64,000 bases of DNA, taken from Takakia lepidozioides. Its lineage: Eukaryota > Plantae > Bryophyta. The DNA is taken from positions 44,950,001 to 45,014,000 of the forward strand of contig CM060733.1 in NCBI GenBank assembly GCA_030704615.1. The letters run 5' to 3'. A model generated the notes under the pieces. That model had not been told where the DNA came from. It made no database searches and saw only the letters and a list, made by a program, of their open reading frames with translations. Below, piece by piece: positions 12,037 to 25,800 of the stretch; within the stretch, counting starts at the first letter, position 1; each line of letters opens with the position of its first letter. Position numbers and translations under genes: made by a program.

Positions 12037-15000
12037 ATGAAGCGAATTAGACAGATGGAGGATCTCCGAGTGAAGAGCACGACGATTTTACAAAGACAAA
12101 CAATCGCCACACCACAGGCAGTGTAGCTGCTGAAGGAATTGCGGTTGGAGGGACTGCTGCGCAAAGAATGGTCTTTGCATCATCAGGATTTGATGATCCA
12201 ATTCATCAAGAACTTCGAGCCACGGACAGGAGTTATCTAGGTGAAGGGAGTAGATATACAAGTTACTCCGCAGTACTTGCAACAGCTTTTTGAATTACCA
12301 TTTGGTAATGTGAGCGTGGACGAGCACAGGGCAAGATTGCAAGTAGGGGATCTTTTCCAAGAAATGAGTTTCTTCAGGAACCAGGGATTCACTTGCAGCA
12401 AAGCCGAGTATCTAGGGTTGAGGGAAATTGGTTAGATACTAAACATTTTGTTTGCCATGAAACAGAATCAACAGTATCTCGGCAGATCTTTTACGAATGA
12501 GGTTCTGAAAGCCTTGAGAGGAGATGATGTAGCATGGGCGGAGATGATGCACAGTGGTTTGGTGGAGGAGAAGAAACGGTTACAGACTACTACTGCCAAG
12601 TCCCCAATCATTGTGTCTTTCCCAATTATTGCACAGATTATCTTTGATTTTTGCTTGCTTGATGCGCAAGAACGCAAAGTAATGGGGGTGTTTGAAGTAG
12701 CCACAACTGCAGTTGAGGAGCAAGGCTCTTCACAGGGTGAAAGGGGATTAGAGAGGCAGTACTAGTCCAAGAGACAGAAGAGGGATGCAACTGTAGTGGC
12801 GGATCCACTGGCCACAAGGAATCATCACGATGATGTTTCCATAGCTCCTGCGCAGGATGAGGTGCAGTAGCACAATAGGTTGTTATTACTGGAAGCACGA
12901 CCATTAGAGAGAGAGGAAGAAGTCACCTCAGTACCACGGCCAACACGGTTGCCCCAGTGGTAACACAGACCAGACATGTTGTTACACAGGAGCCTCTTAT
13001 TGTGGAGAGAGAGGGATTGGACATCCCCACTACAGTGCAAGTAGTGGCTGAAATTGTTCTCTATGACAACTCTGGCATGGTCGGAGAACCCATAGTACCA
13101 AAGATGTAGAGTCTGCCCAAGGAAATCCTTGCTATGCAGGTTATGCCCAAACCTGTGGCGGAGGCTAAAAGGGTAAAAGGCAAGAGTACTGCAGCACTTG
13201 TGGAAGATGAGGTTGCTTAGGAAGAAGATCCCGTGGGATCAAGGCCTGAATGGTTTGTGAAACATCAAACTATAGAGACTCAGGAAGAACAACAGCAGAT
13301 TTTCCATGAGGACCCACAACAGGCCATGCTCGTGAGTTCCATAAGTAGGAGTCTTAATCTGTTGGGCACCTATGTCAAGACTCATGTTCCTTCCACTCAA
13401 TTGGCAACATTGCGGGAAGAGCTCAAGCAAGAGCTTGAGGCAAGAATTGCCACTGAGTGTGCAAACAAGGTGGATATGGAGGCCAATCTCAAGTTGCAGA
13501 AAGAGTTGGAGGACATTAAAGCTACCTTACAGCTTGTCAATGAGAATTTAATTGAGTAGGGGAAGTTGCATGAAGTGCATAAGCAGCAGCTATATCAGAT
13601 GCAGGCTCAACATGAGGGCAAGTTTCATGAAGTGAAGTTGCTTCATACAGAATTGGAAGTAGTCCATCAGATAATGACCATACGATGTGCCACACTAACG
13701 ACTAATCTGGAGATGGCTACACTAGAAATCAAGAACCAAGCTAAGAGATGTATAACGGTGGAGACAAAGGCAATGGAGCAGGGAGACTCATTGCTGACAT
13801 GAAGGCTATCATTTGTAGTAATGAGGATAACATTCAGTAGTTTCATCAGGTCAATGCTCAGAAGGACAGGTATATCTTTGAGTTGCAGCAAACAATCACA
13901 ATACGGGAGAAAGAGCTTTCTGTGACTAACAAGGCCTGGAAAAAAGCCAATAATCTGTCAGCTGCCTATGCAGATCTAGTTGAGCCTCATGGGGATCGCA
14001 TGAAGAATTTACAACAACAATTGGAAGCATACAGGCTCAAGGAGGAGCATGATCTCCGTGGTGTTATACATGACTTGGTAGATAATCATCTTTTGCAATA
14101 GTGGTTAACACAAGGGCCAGTGGAAGGGAAAACATCAAGGAAGCTCACCCAAGAAGACATGAATGATCTCAGGCTACGGGTGCAGAACATTGCCACAACA
14201 CTATAGACAATGTCTACAGTCGGATAGCTGAGTTGCAGGAGGATGTAGAAGCGCTGCAGACTCAAGTAGAGGACTTGAGCTCTAACATTGACAAAAGGGT
14301 CTTTGTTCCTGAGGAACAGCTTATGGCTACTTATTTGCAGGCACGGACTTTGATTTTCCAATCTTCAGCACATGGAGTGTCGGACTTACCAACATCAGGA
14401 GAGACTATGACAACAACATCAGTACAACAGCCACAGCTTGTCGACAGTGTTGATACTATGGCACTGCAGCAATCACTGTATGAGGTTTGGGGTGATGCTT
14501 CTTTTAACCCACCTACTACTCTTGCTGAACTTGAATACAATCAGACTATGATTTTGCCCTTCAACCACATTCCCATTGTTATGGATTTGGCTTGGAAATA
14601 ATTCAGTCCTCCGGAGTCTTTGACACACTATTACCAGATTATGCGCATTTGGTTGCCAGTGGCAACGCGGACTAAAGTTCTTCGAATAGACAGACCCACT
14701 GAAGATCACCATTTTGCACGGTACTGGTCTGAGGCAATGACCATGCTGAAGGAATTAATTGCCTTCCAGATTGTTCATGGATTCATCTACACCAAGACCA
14801 AGGAGGTACCTAGTTTGGTTATGGGTTGTGGGCTATATTATTCTGCTTGTTTTATTTTACGCTACCACACTGAGCAATAGAAGATGCAGATGAGGTTTCA
14901 GACTTATTCCCAAGGGGACCATTGGATGTTACCTCCAGTCCCACCACACACATATTTGTATGATGTAAGGATCATGCTTGAGAAGGATCCTCAACTCCGT

Positions 15001-15198
15001 TCTTGGTTTACTTTTGCTTTAGAAAACTTGGCCAATGAGAACTTAGGTCTTGATCACCTCTTTCCTAAGGGGCATGAAGCCAAAAAGTGGTTACACTTTT
15101 CCAACGTCATTGACACCCCACTCAGCTATATATATGATGAACTGCGGGCATACATTAATCTTGCCCAAAAGAGATTGATACAAGTCTTAAAGTATTAA
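12037..15198 (+). pseudogene. Decayed extra ORF of an Athila/Tat-like Gypsy element (plant transposon protein domain plus coiled coil)
   Basis: Long collinear frames broken by stops. DLMIQFIKNF...VKGVDIQVTPQYLQQLFELP...DDVAWAEMMHSGL resembles the 'putative plant transposon protein' domain, followed by low-complexity and E/Q/K heptad-rich segments. A possible integrase tail (INGHEL) lies near 11300. Confidence 0.5.
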
Positions 15199-15845
15199 CT
15201 TCTAGACACGGTGGGTATACATTGTATGCTAGTTAGGATTTCGGAGAAGCCAAAAAAGGTCAGGAAACAGAAGGCCAACGGGGGGAAGATGATTCGGATA
15301 TTATGATTCGGACAAGCTGGACCGGAAACTTGCGAAAAGATGGTGGGTGGAAAAAAATATTGCATCAGTTTTTACTGTGAATGTCACCCCGCCTCCCCCC
15401 CCCCCCCCCCCCCCTCCCAAGGACATGACATCGGATGTCTTTGCCATTGGGAAGATAGCGGTACGAATAAATGGCGATGCTCATTATAATCAAAGTATGT
15501 TCAAGGACCAATCTACGGGAGGTTGTTGGCATTCAATGCTACAAAGGTTGTATAACAACAATAAGAGGGAGAGAGTCACATTAGCCCACGTAGTACGTCG
15601 ATTCATAGGCAAGCCATTCTATTGGCCTGAGCCAGTAGACGTATATATGACGGAGTAGACCATACTACATAGTCTCGTAGATATTAGATTTGCAGCGGTA
15701 CAATGGTTCATTTGTGAAGACATAATTCAATTTTGATCGTGCATGTAATAAATAAAGTCTCTTGTAAATACTACATTGCATATACTCGACCCAAGCAACT
15801 GTCATCACAACATAAATGGTTTGTGTATTGTATCACTGTTTATAT

Positions 15846-16200
15846 TTGTAATGTTCTAACGTTTCTGATAGGGTTATGAGAAAACGATGTATTAGTTCCG
15901 TAGGAGTTAGACAACAAACGTCCCACATCTCATTCGGATGTGCGACACTACCATGAGAGGCATGAATCCGTAAGTAACAAGTGCATATGCGACCTCCGAA
16001 GTCCGAACGTTCGATACTAGATCCAACAAATGGTCTACTGGAACGTCCGGAGGTCGTATGTACATCGGTTACTTACAGACTTGTGCAGCTCATGGTAGTG
16101 TCGCATATGAGAATGAGATATGGAACGTAAGTTGACTAACTCCTATGGAACCAATACATCGTTTTCTCATAATCCTATCAGAAACGTTGGAACATTAGAA
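15846..16200. mobile_element. Foldback/MITE-like element with about 160-bp inverted arms
   Basis: 15846-16005 is the imperfect reverse complement of about 16040-16200. Confidence 0.8.
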
Positions 16201-16204
16201 CATA

Positions 16205-16690
16205 GAAAACTTGAACTTATCTGGGATCCCGCCATCCCGTATCATTTGCTCATAGCTCTCCAAAGCCTCCCTACCATAACCATGCTGTGCATATCCTGCG
16301 ATCGATGCACTCCATGAGACTGTATTTCGTAGTGTCATTCTGTCAAACACTTGCTGTGCATCCACCACGCTCCCACATTTGGCATACATGGTAACAAGCG
16401 CGTTCTCCAAATTGATATATGATGCAATTCCAGCTTTGATGATATCAGCATGGACTCTTTGCCCTTTTCTAGGGCTCCTAGGCTGGCACGCGCATGGAGA
16501 ACGCAAATGAATGTGACCTTGTTGGGCTCCATCCCCTCTTGTATCATTTGCTCATAAATACCCGAAGCCTCCCTACCACAACCATGCTGAGAATATCCTG
16601 TGATCATCACATTCCAGGATATCACATTTCGGTGGGCCATACTGTCAAACACTATGTGTGCATCCCTTAGGCTCCCACATTTGGCAACAG
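16205..16690 (-). pseudogene. PLS-type PPR pseudogene fragment
   Basis: AKCGSLRDAHIVFDSMAHRNVISWNVMITGYSQHG...PNKVTFICVL, then a frameshift, then HADIIKAG...NALVTMYAKCGSVVDAQQVFDRM...SW...AGYAQHG. Confidence 0.9.
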
Positions 16691-17367
16691 TGACACAGTA
16701 CACGGCCGGTTTGTTGAAATGACATCTGTGAGGTTCGAGCGTATGCAATTTATTATTTACAACGGAACTTTATTTACCTGGGGGACCGGTATTGCTGCTA
16801 GAGCGCAAGTTGCAACTGATGGTGCGAGTTCTCTATTGATTGGAGCTGCACAATCAATGTCAACAATCATATTTACTGTAAGTTGTTTGATGCTATTATT
16901 GTTCCTCTAGCTGAATTCTGTAGTACTCTTTGCGGTTCACCATAAATAGAATGAATTGAAGATTTGGTGCTCAGTTCCTGGTTTTATGTCCGTGGTGGCT
17001 GATACGGAATTCAGAATATGGCAATCTCAGTGGACTTGATGTTGTTGGCATAGAAGTAACAAAATGATTCTTAAAGAAATCAGCTACATGAACATCGGCA
17101 GTATGAAATACTTAGCAATACATATGATTATTGAGATTGTTTGCACGAATTATTTGTGTTTGTGCCTTCAAGTGACGAACATTTTCGCCATAGTGCGGAA
17201 GAGGTGCATTGGCCATATTAAACGGTTGATGTGATACCATTTTACAAATGTATCACATCGAAATTTGTGAAAATATATCATATGAACCGTTCCATGTGGT
17301 TGACGAGCCCTGAGCGTGCGATCAGGGAGACGACATACTAGCCTAGTGGGGTCGTGGTAAGTCGCGG

Positions 17368-20300
17368 TGTAGGTTGGGCTCAAGGAACCGCCTATCCGGC
17401 TGTGGTTAGTGCAGGGTTCGCGGACTGTATGGGGGTCTGAACTATCGTTTCTAATTTCCTACCGGCAAAGAGGAGCTTAGATGCTCCCCTCTACAGGGCG
17501 ATTTACGTTTCCTAGTCCTACGGTCTGTTTATGGTTTTTAAGGTTTAGAACGTAACTGCCTTCCAAGTCTTGTTTATTACTAACACCTACTCTTTGGGTT
17601 CCCAAGCCGCTTATAGCCGGGGTCTATCTTACCCCTTCACAAAGCACCTCCCAAATCTAGGGAGGAGAGGACTCCACTTCCTTCTCTCAATGCCCCTCCG
17701 TCTCCGGGGCTTGAGCCAAGCTCTCCTAAAGAAGGGCTAAATTTGTCAATTTTCTATTTTTAGCTTGAGGAAAGTTAATAAGCAATGCAAGCTTTAATAA
17801 GTTAAAAGGGTCAATCAATCACCCTTTAGTCACTCAAGTTCTTATAAGTTCAAAAAGTTCAATCAAAAAGTCATAATTCTTATATGGGAATTTCCTCCTC
17901 AAGAAAAATAGGAAAATATTTATAAATTCAAAAATCCCAAAAAAATACCTCCCAGGAAGAATGTCATGGGGGAAGCCCAACGGTGCTAAAATAGCCCCTA
18001 TCAGATGGCGGGAACACCTCGGGAACCTCGGGGAATATCGGAGAACGTCAGGGCTGTCAGGTAATAGGTTCCCCATCGTTGGGAACTGCTGCGCTGTCGT
18101 GGATGTACAGAATCTGTCTAATGAAGCCCCCTGTCCATTCGTTAGTTCTTAAAACGTGCCCTCTTGAGGCGCAAATGTAATCTATGGTGGGACCAGGGAC
18201 TATTTCGTCCAAATTATAATAATTTAAGGGCTTCCAACGCGTTCCCCTCTCTGGAATCGGTCATCCTCTCCACGGGGGATTGACTCGTTGTGCCACTATA
18301 GCCGTGGAACCTGGGTAGTGTACTTTTGATCCACCCCCGTTTCTAGCTGCCTCTACCTCTCCTGCTCAACCTGGTGGGTCGCGCCTGCTCATTTCTGGCT
18401 AGGCTAACAAAAGGAGCATACACACAAAATGCTCCCACGAAATGAGCTCCCACGAGGCTCTCCCTACTAGCAAGACCGAGCTCCTACTTACTAGGACTTA
18501 AGCTTCTCAAGCAAAAATGGGGCTAGATTCCAACTTTAGCTCCTATGAAATAAACAAAGCAACAAACAAGCAAGAGGAAAGCACAAGTGAGAAGCAAGGG
18601 GGCCTTGCCTCTCTTATATACTACTTTGGTCCTAATATAATAATAATCATAATCATCATCATCATCATTAAAATAATGAGTAATAATAATAGTTTAGTCA
18701 AATCTATTGGGCTCATTCATGAGGGTCCTATTTGATCGACGGTCACGATCGCCTCTCCCAATTGTTTAAAAAGTTGTACTTTAATCCAATCTATTGGAAA
18801 ACTTGTTGACCAAGCAAGAACAAATAATAAAATATGAGCCCTGTATGGATTTCATCCAACAAATAGATTTTTTAATCCACTGGTAGATGAATTTCATCCA
18901 ATATGATGAATAATTGCTGATGTTGCCGCTGGATGGATGAAGTTCTCCGCTCATCCTCCAATTTTCATTGAATAAACCTTTTAAAAATAGATCACCGTGA
19001 GTGCTCCTTGCCTCGTAATTCGGTGCCGCTACAAACCTTAACCAAAACTTTCCAAATTTTGTGGGTAATTTAGGTAAGGCACTCTTGACGTTCTGGTAAA
19101 TCCTCGGGCTAATCAGAGCCTTCTAACTCTATTTTGTCGACGTACTCTTTGCGTCCCGTCGCTCCGAAAGACGACATCTTCCGTGGAGTATCAAACTTGG
19201 TGGTGCTTCTCCGGATCTTCCACCCTGCCACTGACTCTCTGATTGCGGGAGACATCTCATTCTTAAAGTGTTTCCATTTTTCCTAGTTTTGGCACCATAC
19301 TGCCGAAACTGCCTTCATAATGAATAAAAACCATCGAAAAATAAATATGTGTCTAAATATGTATCTACATATATGACGACCAATAGGGAATACTCGCCCC
19401 AAGTGTGAAAGAATCCATCTCTGGTTCGTAAATCCCCTACTAGGGTATCCCTGATATCGCTTGCAATCAACGACAATCTTGAAGTGAGCTGAAAAAAAAT
19501 GAAGAATAAAGATTCACATGAGCTCTCCCGCTTTGGAGAGAGTTCGAGTCTTCCGGGAGTGAAGATGAAAATAAAAAGAAAAAGACAAAAAATGTTTCAA
19601 AGCCACCCGACTTGCCCCCTTCAGAGAGAGTTTGAGTTCCTAGATAAAAAATATTTCAAAACCACCATTTCTCCCCCACTAGACTGGGTTCGAATCCCCT
19701 AGATGATGAAAGAAGATATGATCGGTACTAGATTGGTTGTTCTATGCTAAAATGGTCTTGGAAACTCTTTGAGCCTGTGCTCGTATATCAGCGGGAAATG
19801 ATTGGATACTTCTGAGCTTCGGAGGACCCTACACCGGAAATGCCTTCGATTCTCGGCCAGGCTAAATAGCAATGGAAAGGATTGGATACTATGAGGACCC
19901 TACTCAATATGGGTGCCCCGGAACTGTCATCGGGTGCCCCGACCTAAGACCTAAATGGGGATGCTCCCAACAGTTTGCTCCCGGGATGTGCCTCGATGGG
20001 TCACTCCCAAATAGTAGCAGACAAGATTGGATACCCGAGGACCCTACCCATGAATAGAGGCACCAAAATGTAACCTAAGAACCCGACTACTCTCATGGCT
20101 CGCAGGGATCTCTCATGGATTTCGCAGAGCTCCTGGTGAAATACATGACTGAAAATGATTGGATACTTCTGAGCTTCAGAGGACCCTACCCTGGCTTGAT
20201 GCACCAAAATACCTATCTAAGAGGTCACATGCCATTTTGGATTTTCCTGTGCCTAATAAGCTTCATTCATGTGAGGGGAGCAGCAGCCACTGCTCTACAA

Positions 20301-21282
20301 TCTCTCCTTTTACCCCCTCACTGCTTTGCTAACTTTTCTCTCCCTATGAGAACACAACAGCGGGGTAGAGTAGGAATGAAACAGGACGCACCATTATGGG
20401 TGACGCCAAAGATGCACCATTCGGTTGCCATCTCAAAAAAAAAAATTCAGGGTTAGAATCCCCGTGCGGGAAGTCGCAGTGCTCCATGCAAGGAGCATCA
20501 GTATACTGCAGAATGCTTGATGCAACAAGCATTTAATTTTTCTCGAGATATGCTTTGAGCAGACACAGATATATTCTGTGATATAAGAAATGCAAGTAAT
20601 GATCGACAGTATGCATTGAATAAGAGTGCATATATTAGCCATCCCATTGTTCCCATTCTTGCACCTGTGGTTCTTCACTTGGTGAAGAAAAGAAAAGAAA
20701 AGAAAGCTCACAACATGTGGTTAATAACAAGGTATCTAATACACCCCTAGCTTGGCAGATGAATGGTCATAGCTTTCTTAGCTGACGCCATATAACTACT
20801 CCTAAAAAGTAGGTTAGATTACTGCATCTCAAGGTCTGTCCCTGTAGACTCCAATAACTACCCGAAAATCACACTGGAGAAAATAATTCACCTCATCATT
20901 GCAACTATGTCGCCTTGCATCCTAAGATCTATCCTGGAACTCCAATAAAGGGTGAGAAAACAAACTGGATAGGAGCCTTATTGACTTCCTCCCGATGGAA
21001 AATTCACTTAATCGTTGCAACTACGTTGCCCCGCACCCCGGGTTGTCATTCCCCGAGCTCCAATAATAAGTGGTAAAGAACTAGAGGGAGAAGAAAAGAT
21101 ATCACTTACATATGATAGCGTTTGCACCGGATACCATTGACCCGAGTGGGGAACGCCTATCCCCGTAGTGTCTCCAGCTGCAATTAACATCTACCCCGTG
21201 TCTCGAAACTGGAATCCAGCCGTCCCTCGGTACCCAGGGTACCTATATCCTCCACCCACCCGGTGTCCCCCAGACACCTACA
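17368..21282 (-). mobile_element. Putative very long (about 3.9 kb) Tat/Ogre-like LTR or non-coding retroelement relic
   Basis: Inverted termini TGTAGGT/ACCTACA. On the minus strand there is a purine-rich tract before 21282, TATATAAG at about 18615, and a degenerate Arg-PBS-like motif (cgaccccactagg) at about 17342-17355. Internal repeats lie at 19790-20190 and 20880-21070. No coding capacity and no TSD. Confidence 0.35.
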
Positions 21283-21931
21283 GTCTCCGCCTGCTTTTAG
21301 TATAGGGCCCACTTTTGAAAGGGGGCAGTAGTCGTGAGGCGAAGTGACTCTTAGTTACGCCGGTCTCGGCTAGAGTCTTTTTTCAATTACTAAAAATCAT
21401 TTCATCATATATTGGAAAATTGCTGGAGCATTTGTAAGACCAAAATGCATAACACTGTATTTAAAATGTGCATACCTTGTTCGAAAAGCCGTTTTTCATT
21501 CGTCTCCTTCTTTTATCCATACAATGTTATAAGCTCATCTCAAGTTAATTTTGGTGAAAATCTTCAATTCTCCTAGCTGGTCGAAATGCCAAAAAATCAG
21601 CGGCAATTGATAACGATTCTTAATTGTGACTTTGTTGAGACCGCGATAGTCTACACATGACCCGTTTTTTTTTTTTACAAAAAAATATAGGCACTCGCAA
21701 TAGAGGCATAATCCATTCGAGCGCCGTCTTTGTTTTTCTTATGGCGTTATTGACTTCAATCGGACAACTCAATCTGCATATGATCACTACCGGATTTCTG
21801 ATGGATTGTTGTGTTTGGTGCCGTAGTAGCAGCGGCATGATGCGTTGTCGACTATCCAGATCGATTCTCTTGACGTCTTTCGAACTAACGATTATCGCAT
21901 GCAATGACTTGGGTGATGAATTCGCTCAGTG

Positions 21932-22465
21932 TACGGCCAAACGGAAAGAGTGAATTCCGTAGTGAAGCAGTTCTTGCGGAATTACGTGTCGGCAGACCAA
22001 TCAGACTGGATGGAACACTTAGACGCGGCAGAGTTCTGTTATAATAACACAAAACACTCCGCAACGGGTGTTTCCCCTTTCGTATTGGTCTATGGAAAAG
22101 CACCTCTGGTGCCGACAAGTTGGGCCGCCCAGGACGTTGAGGAACCGGCAGTAGCGGCGGTACTGGAAGAACGCGAGCGTTTGTTGAAGCTCGCAAAGTA
22201 CAACATTGCCAAAGCTAGGAAACGGTATGAAAGGCAGGCGAATCGGAAGCGGAGGGAAGTGAAGTTTGAGGCAGGCACGGAGGTCTGGTTGAACATCAAG
22301 AATTTCCGACTACCTCTGGAAGTGAGTCCAAAGTTCGTACCTCCGTATGCGGGACCCTTTCGCATCCGGAAGGTTATGAATGAGGATGTGTATGAATTGG
22401 AGCTGCCGGCAAACAGCAAGGTGCATCCAGTATTCCACGTCTCCCTTTTGAAGCCTTACTTCAAT
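21932..22465 (+). mobile_element. Gypsy integrase C-terminal fragment
   Basis: GQTERVNSVVKQFLRNYV...AEFCYNNTKHSATGVSPF...YAGPFRI...YELELP...HPVFHVSLLKPY. Confidence 0.9.
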
Positions 22466-23349
22466 CAATAAAACAACCCATCGTGCCCTCACTTTTGTGT
22501 ACTGTGTTTCCTTGTATTCTATGAACGAAGTCCATCCTCCCGGATGGAAATTCGGCGCCGCATTTACATCGTAGGGGAGATGGATGAAGTCGTCTCGAGG
22601 GGGCGATAGGCCCACCTGGCACTTACGGCCCATAGTTTGCATGGCACGGATGGAAACTGAAACGGCTACATTCATGGAGCCGCCAATTTTCATCCGTGCA
22701 ACTTCCTATAAGGGGGGAATTTAAATGTGCCATGGAGCCTGAGGAATTGCACCGTTTGCGAACTCATTGTAATCTCCTTGCACAGCTTCCTGCCTCCGCG
22801 TTGCTTCCTCCATCCAGAGGCTGTTGTCATTCAGTGTCCTCCGCTACTCTTTTGCAAGGATGTCGTGCCGCCGCAATCTTGCTGACTGCCCTTATCATGG
22901 CCACGATTATGCGATGTTCAAACCGAAATCAGGAGACGTCATTATGAGCTATGTGCATCAAGATCATCGCCACAATGCAAGCATGCATGGTACCCTTTGG
23001 TGCTTAGCCCCGAGCAAACAGTTAGTCCTGTCTGTTTTCACTGACGCTTCTGGAGTCAATTTGCTAGGCTATGCATGCATGCAATTACAGTGTACCAGGG
23101 TATATCACTTCTCACGGGGCAAGGAAAGAAATAGGCTAAGGGGTTGGAGAAGGGAATTAAGGGGCGCAGACAGCAAAGACCACAGACTGGGAGGGAAGAG
23201 TAGAGAGGCAGGAAAAAGCAGTAGGGGGAGGGTGGAGCAATGTAATAGTGGCTCTTTCTCATGCACAAGAGGCTGGCCCACAATGCTCGTACCCCCAACC
23301 GTTCCCCAACTTCAACTGACGTTTTCTTCATCTTCACTTGGACAGGTTC

Positions 23350-23440
23350 AGAAGCAAACAAAGGTAGACCAACAGTACACATTCACACACGGCAAAAGCT
23401 TGAAGCTGTGCGTTGGAATCCAGCAAATCAAGATGAGGTA
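23350..23440 (+). pseudogene. Possible isolated exon of a plant WD40-repeat protein
   Basis: HIHTRQKLEAVRWNPANQDE is followed by a GAG|GTATAT donor. The motif is recalled from plant WD40 proteins and no other exons were confidently found. Confidence 0.4.
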
Positions 23441-24809
23441 TATTGAGCATCGAATCCAGCAACAAAGCAAGTTACATAAAGATGGCACACAATTTTGATT
23501 TTAGTGCATCTTTATGTTGATCTCATGCATGTACACCTGAATGCTGAGGCGCAACAATATGCATGTAAATTTAGCAGGTAAGGGTGTACTCATACCGTTG
23601 CCTGCGAATTTTGGCTTGCCACAGCTTTATGGCCATCGACCTGGTTGGAAACTAACCCTCCCCGAGCCTTTCGTGGTTCCACACCCACCAGGGTTTAGCT
23701 TATCCCCGCAACTTAGCTGCAGGATAAACTTAATTTCCCACAACTGCCATTAAGGTGCTTGCAGAGGCACTTGTCTACATGCAAACTTGACAGCCGATAT
23801 AGCAGGTAAGGGGGGATAGACTGGCAAAGTCTTGGCAGGAAATATGGGAAAACGGGATGTGGGGCTGGGTGTGCGCACAATGGAATATTTGGAGGACTAT
23901 TACCGCTTTGAGCGAGGTGAGGGTGAGGGTCAATGCGGTCCGTGGGTGCTGCAAATTGTTGACCTTGATATACCCAGCTGGAATGGGAAGCCGGACAGAT
24001 CATGCACGGCCATGCTTTGGCGCTGGAACTGCTGCCAGTGGACCAGGGAGGACTGCACCGGCGAGAACTTTATTTGTGGAGTTCACTGCGCTTTTCCAGT
24101 ATATGGAGACATTCGCCTGAGTTGCAAAGACGAATCGCACGGGCATATGAGGCCCACAGTGACCGTGTCAATGTATGATGGTGGTATCATTGATGGGCAT
24201 GACCACCAAGGGCACTAGAACGACCGCAATGCATTTTACCTGGAGGTGCCGCGTCACTAATGAGCTTGTTTTGAGGGCTATCGAAGCTCTGTCGACTTGG
24301 TGACGCCCATGTAGAAGGCGGAAGGGTTTTAGACTTGTTTGGACTTGCTTATGCGCTCACACGGTAAGAAATACGAAACTATTTGAAAACTGTGCTTATG
24401 CGGAAAAAAAAATCATGAAATTAGCACAATGACCCACAAATATATCTGCCAGAACTCAAAGATGAGCGCACGTAAACAATGTGGCATTTGATAACATTGT
24501 GTTTAGAACATCCCCAATAACCACCCAAAAAATGGGTTTCGCCGGCGAAATGCAAATGGGTTTTTGCCTAGTTTCGCCAACGAAAGGTTCAAATGATCTG
24601 ACAAGTGCATGTGCATTCTGATCTTCACGTTTAAGTTATATGCAGATTCGATGTATCCCCTATTAACGCAGTAAAGTCCCTATGTCTGCCTATTATTTGT
24701 ATTTATGCTGATGTACATATTACCCCCATAACCGTTGATTCTGCTCACGCGGCCGTTTTTTTTGTGCTCACGCCGTTTCTCTTAACTCAGTGCTCGCGCT
24801 ATACCAACC

Positions 24810-25800
24810 CCCAACAATGTCTATAAAAAACACAATGCTTAAGTGTATTAACTAATTCATTACATAAACAATAAGAATTTATTAGACTATTATTAGGCAA
24901 TTCTTGGTGGATTAGGTTGTTACACGTGTGTTGACAATGTCTATCAAGAACACACGAGTCTGGTATATTAACTAATCAATTGTGCCAACAATATGATTAT
25001 ACTAGCTTATTATTGGGCATATAAACTAGGTGGTCGTTGTGTGCACATTAGGTTGCTAAATATGTGTTGACAATGTGTGTAAAAAACACAACGTGCTTAG
25101 GTGTATTAACAAGACTTTACTAGCTTATTATTAGGCAAATTAGGGTGGGTTAGGTTTCTAAGTGTCTGTTGACAATGTTTATCAAGAACATGCTCATAAA
25201 AATTCACTTAGGTATATTAACTAATTAGTTATATGAACACCAAAAAATCTACCCGTTTACTATTGGATATATTTGGGTGGTCATTGTACGTGGGTTAGGT
25301 TGCTAGGGGTGTTTACAATGTCCATCGAAACACACTCACGTGTATTAATTAATCAACAATAAAAATATATTAATTTATTATTGGGCATATTTAGTGGGGT
25401 CAATGTGTGCAAGTTTGGTAGTAGAGTTTTATTAAGTTACTTGATATGTGTGTTAATAATGTCAAGTACACACTCACATGTTAATTAAGTTTTACGGAGG
25501 TTACAGATAGCTTATTATTGCGCATATTTAGTTGGTCACTATTTGCATGTTTAATATAAAATTTTGTAAGTTTGCACATTGCTATGAAGAACTCATGAGT
25601 CACAGTTTTGAGTAACAGGGCTTTAGGGTCTAATTCTAAATAATAATGATTAATGGTTTAGGGTTTAACACTAAGTGTTAAATAGTTACATGAACAACAA
25701 CATATTATCATATTATCATGCACTAGATGTTATTTTGTAAAGGTCTTATAGCATTGCTAATCGTGTGTTGACAATAATTATGTCTAGAAAATATCTACAG
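24810..25800. repeat. AT-rich degenerate tandem array, unit about 110-140 bp, about 6-7 copies
   Basis: Recurrent blocks ttgacaatgtctatcaagaacac, ggtatattaactaat, tagcttattattgggcatat and ttaggttgcta. Confidence 0.8.

Noticed and set aside
15347-15658. Proline-rich ORF
   Set aside because: The prolines come from a poly-C tract at about 15390-15418 and there is no other coding signal.
18517-18735. ORF with a poly-Ile 'TM' segment
   Set aside because: It is a translation of an (ATA/ATC)n microsatellite.
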